DNA of 64,000 nucleotides from Tubulanus polymorphus (Eukaryota; Animalia; Nemertea): NCBI RefSeq assembly GCF_964204645.1, contig NC_134033.1, positions 16,314,655 to 16,378,654 of the forward strand, read 5' to 3'. Shown piece by piece: positions 63,650 to 64,000 of this stretch (position 1 is its first letter; each line of letters starts with the position of its first letter). The notes under the pieces were generated by a model. It saw only the letters and a program-made list of their open reading frames with translations, ran no database searches and was not told where the DNA came from. The position numbers and the translations under genes were made by a program.

Positions 63650-64000
63650 CTGAAAATGCAGATTATTTATTCAAAAACGTGTCAGGGTTATCATCATCTT
63701 TGCGATGATACAGGAGTGTCTTGTTGAAGGCTACTGAATTCTAGATCTCTTCTAATCTATGTCGTACGGTTAATGAGTTAGGAGAAAACATCTCATTCAA
63801 AAAAGTGGGGTCGCATTTATTAAGATACATGTTAATAAAATCCCACAATAAAATAATTAATGATAAAATGTTTATTCTAAAAACATAGGAGAAATATTTC
63901 GGGTGGTTCCTACCACATTTCTTCAGTCAAAAATGACTTGCCAAAAGCAAATATTTCTCATATTTTTTTAAATAAACATTTTATCATTAATTAATTTATT

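Noticed and set aside
63700-63900. Possible signal-peptide exon of the astacin (LFYCGILLTCILINATP on the minus strand)
   Set aside because: No in-frame ATG or clear acceptor before an upstream stop codon; left unresolved

Overview
Eukaryotic (animal, probably a marine invertebrate or lophotrochozoan; the species cannot be determined here) AT-rich genomic DNA with spliceosomal GT-AG introns. The supplied ORF track therefore shows only exon fragments, and I rebuilt gene models by hand from splice sites and reading-frame phase. From left to right: (1) a 5'-truncated GRL101-like receptor (C-type lectin, LDLa, LRR, 7TM); (2) a secreted VWD-C8-TIL / Pro-Thr-rich / triple-kringle mucin-like gene (-); (3) a secreted PI-PLC X-domain gene with two Cys-rich N-terminal modules (-); (4) a LamG/pentraxin-like plus PAN/apple gene; (5) a LicD/fukutin-family gene and an alpha-1,3-fucosyltransferase (GT10) (-); (6) a ~24 kb cluster of small secreted precursors; (7) an astacin metalloprotease (-). 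The cluster is the main candidate for an undescribed system. It holds four paralogues (A1-A4) of a signal / acidic pro-region / KR / 91-93 aa cationic 4-Cys, Trp/Arg-rich peptide ending in -GK. It also holds two paralogues (B1-B2) of a signal / acidic pro-region / RSKR / 27-28 aa Cys-free amphipathic peptide ending in the amide-donor Gly, with the mature peptide split over three exons and invisible in the ORF track. I do not recognise either family. The architecture suggests antimicrobial or cytolytic (mucus or venom) peptides, but that is inference. Introns and intergenic DNA carry many MITE-like inverted repeats, minisatellites and a candidate minimal hammerhead ribozyme. No CRISPR array, rRNA or tRNA was found.
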